Part shown: positions 61,842 to 64,000 of the stretch, in pieces
Layout: every line of letters starts with the position of its first letter
Position numbering within the stretch: the first letter of the stretch is position 1
NCBI GenBank assembly: GCA_963701295.1
Contig: OY969585.1
Span: forward strand, 3,456,001-3,520,000
Direction of reading: 5' to 3'
Length of the DNA: 64,000 nt
Source: Ignavibacteriota bacterium
GTDB lineage: Bacteria > Bacteroidota > Ignavibacteria > UBA10030
The notes under the pieces: generated by a model
Seen by the model: the letters and a program-made list of their open reading frames with translations, nothing else
Told to the model about the DNA's origin: nothing
Databases searched by the model: none
Program-made: the position numbers and the translations under genes

Positions 61842-63200
61842 TCATTTCTCTGTTCTGCGTTTGTTGAGATCTTTTTCCATCTCTTCCGTTGATTCCTTGA
61901 TGACATTTTTTCCTGTCTGCGGTTTTATCACACGGTCTTCCAACGATGGGAGTATTTCTGCTTTGAGAAGAACAATAAGTTCCCGTTTCACAATGTTTTT
62001 TGAATCATACCCAAAGATGTAGCGGAGCCCAAATACCCACCACGGTAAATCTTTCAGTAAAGGCACTCCCTGTCGAACAATTGTCTCCGTATTGGAATAC
62101 ATCCCACCGATATAACTTTCCTCACCGTTCAGGAGTGTCAAAGAACCTGATGTAGAAGTTTTATGAATAACAGTTGTCACTGTGCTCGCTTCAAAAGTAC
62201 TTTTTTCAACTTTGTACTGAATATCTATAAATTCCATCTCGCCAACTTTGAAAATCCTCGGTTTAATGTTAAGAATTGTTCCCGTTGGATAAAACTTTTG
62301 GACCGTGTTTCCAGAAAAGTCTTTTTCTAATACAGAGAAATCATCTCCAACTTGGAGTACGCTCGTTAAACCTGAACGGACTGGAATCTTAGAATTTGAA
62401 ATCACTTCGCCAATCTGATCGGCTTCAAACATCTTGAGTGCTGCATCGATGCTCACTCCAAGGTTATTCCCTGTTGGATCTACAGTTACGCTCGTGAATT
62501 CATTTCCGAGTCTACTGGTCGTAGCTGCTGAAGATACGCCTGTAGATGTGCTTGTAACTAATGGATTAGTTGCACCGAAAATATTCACTCCGAGATTCAA
62601 ATTACTTCCGCGGAAAATGGAAAAATCCATCCCATCCTCTAATAACTTTGTTCTATTCAAATCAAAGAACACACATGAGATGGAAATATCGCGCATTTTG
62701 GAATAATACTCGCTGGAATCGACAACCACGGCAACCTGCGGAGGCATAATCGTAGGGACAGAGGTTGATGATGGGGTTTGGGAAATATCTCTAGAAGGAC
62801 CTTCTTTCTGTGCCTGTTCACCTTGCTTTTTCCCGATTTCTTCGAATGAAGCAATTTCCATGTACTCCGGATAGTCGATGTACCACAGTTGGTTACTCCT
62901 GAGAATAAGTTCTAATGCATCCTTCCAGTACATCGATTCAATGTTAATCCCAATGGTTTTATCTTTCCCTTGCAAGGGTGATCGATCAATAATCAACCTT
63001 CCATCGAGTTTTTTGCTCAATTCTCCGAGCGATTGTATTGCTTTTGTATATGGGACGTCGGATTTAAATGAAACCAGTTCGTCCTGATTGACAACTTTTC
63101 CCTTTGCCTTGCGTTCAATCGATTGTTCAGACTGTGCTTCCACAAGATGTGCAATCGCGACGGTCATCAGAAAAAGAAATAATAAAGAGCGTACTCTCAT
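61842..63200 (-). CDS. Type II/IV pilus secretin (PilQ-like, short)
   Basis: Signal peptide; W..AL..IL N-domain; TG..L.I.P; GVPLLKDLP.....YIF..RELIVLL. Confidence 0.85.
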   Translation of the reverse strand: MRVRSLLFLFLMTVAIAHLVEAQSEQSIERKAKGKVVNQDELVSFKSDVPYTKAIQSLGELSKKLDGRLIIDRSPLQGKDKTIGINIESMYWKDALELILRSNQLWYIDYPEYMEIASFEEIGKKQGEQAQKEGPSRDISQTPSSTSVPTIMPPQVAVVVDSSEYYSKMRDISISCVFFDLNRTKLLEDGMDFSIFRGSNLNLGVNIFGATNPLVTSTSTGVSSAATTSRLGNEFTSVTVDPTGNNLGVSIDAALKMFEADQIGEVISNSKIPVRSGLTSVLQVGDDFSVLEKDFSGNTVQKFYPTGTILNIKPRIFKVGEMEFIDIQYKVEKSTFEASTVTTVIHKTSTSGSLTLLNGEESYIGGMYSNTETIVRQGVPLLKDLPWWVFGLRYIFGYDSKNIVKRELIVLLKAEILPSLEDRVIKPQTGKNVIKESTEEMEKDLNKRRTEK

Positions 63201-63202
63201 AG

Positions 63203-64000
63203 TTACCTCGTTTGTTTATCAAAAATTATTTTCTTTGTTAGTTTTCGGGTAATTCCACCTTCGTCAAGAGTAAACTCCACAGCGCTTTCTGCTGGACTGA
63301 CGCGTGTAACATTTCCGCGCCACACCTTATCTCCAAGATGCAAAACGATAAGCGCATTATTTGCAAGCACAAATGCTTTTCCCGGCAGGACTGCTTTCAC
63401 CTCCAATATATCTGCATTCACTTCACCAACAGGAGCCTCCGTAGAGAGAGTTTGAGTAATCATATTCTGGAAAGGATCGTATGGAGACACAATCATCGTC
63501 AGAGACTTAGCTGCTAATGATGTGCCAAGTTCAGGAATATTTCGAACAAAAAATGCGTGAATTTCCATATCAAATGCAATCCACTTGGTGACATCTTTTG
63601 TATCCGGATCAATTGCTTCTTTTTGTTCCAGCTTCATTGAAGAAATTTTATACAATCGTTGTCCGTTTTCGAGAAAGTACACGAACTTAAAAAGATTCTC
63701 GAATTGTGCCTCGCCAAGATCCAACTTATAGGCGTTGTACCCCCAGCTTATTTTTTCACTCGTTCCTAAAAATTTCATGTCAAATTTCAAGAACCCGGCT
63801 TCATCGATACCTTGACTCATATACTCATACGTTTGTGAAGAAATATCAAATTGAGGTATCTCCTTACTTCGAGAATCGTATCGCCGCTTTACTTCCTGAT
63901 ATTGAGTTGTTAAACGTTGAACCTCATCCGTCAACCCCGGCAGATCCTCTAACTCCTTGCTGATCGCTTGAACTTCTTTTTCGATTTTTTTTAACTGACG
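63203..64000 (-). CDS. PilO-like type IV pilus assembly protein (5' end outside the window)
   Basis: Frame open to the window edge; N-terminal coiled coil; G..F.NL.KFV..LE..RL pattern; YDPF motif; directly upstream of the secretin. Confidence 0.6.
   Translation of the reverse strand, partial: RQLKKIEKEVQAISKELEDLPGLTDEVQRLTTQYQEVKRRYDSRSKEIPQFDISSQTYEYMSQGIDEAGFLKFDMKFLGTSEKISWGYNAYKLDLGEAQFENLFKFVYFLENGQRLYKISSMKLEQKEAIDPDTKDVTKWIAFDMEIHAFFVRNIPELGTSLAAKSLTMIVSPYDPFQNMITQTLSTEAPVGEVNADILEVKAVLPGKAFVLANNALIVLHLGDKVWRGNVTRVSPAESAVEFTLDEGGITRKLTKKIIFDKQTR

Overview
Bacterial chromosome window, most likely Ignavibacteriota/Chlorobi-related. This is inferred from SprA + PorX-TsaE, an LpxC-FabZ fusion, an N-terminal-only GlmU and sigma70-type TTGACA/TATAAT promoters. 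Positions 1-6850 are an accessory island anchored on a tRNA-Ser(UGA) gene whose 3' end is damaged. The island carries a frameshifted tyrosine integrase, a dense TGGCAA repeat tract, genes bracketed by repeated hairpin/promoter modules, a secreted peptidase-S74 repeat protein, and an integron-type attC cassette array with no intI in the window. Positions 6950-64000 are mostly core genes: yitJ-like methionine synthesis, glmU-N, panC, accD, tsaBE, porX, sprA, a hybrid kinase/Hpt/receiver phosphorelay, lptFG, a mutS-dinB-DUF3109-PP2C-herA operon, surE, panB, the lpx/skp/bamA/uppS envelope operon, clpC, hemBL and the end of a type IV pilus/secretin operon followed by an Ig-like lipoprotein. The most notable unannotated elements are the attC cassette array, the unrestored tRNA-Ser end, an ECF-promoter-driven sRNA candidate near 54 kb, and an orphan HerA coupled to a PP2C phosphatase. 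Several single-base frameshifts, including one in essential lpxD, suggest residual assembly indel errors. All calls come from reading the sequence by eye; no database searches were run.
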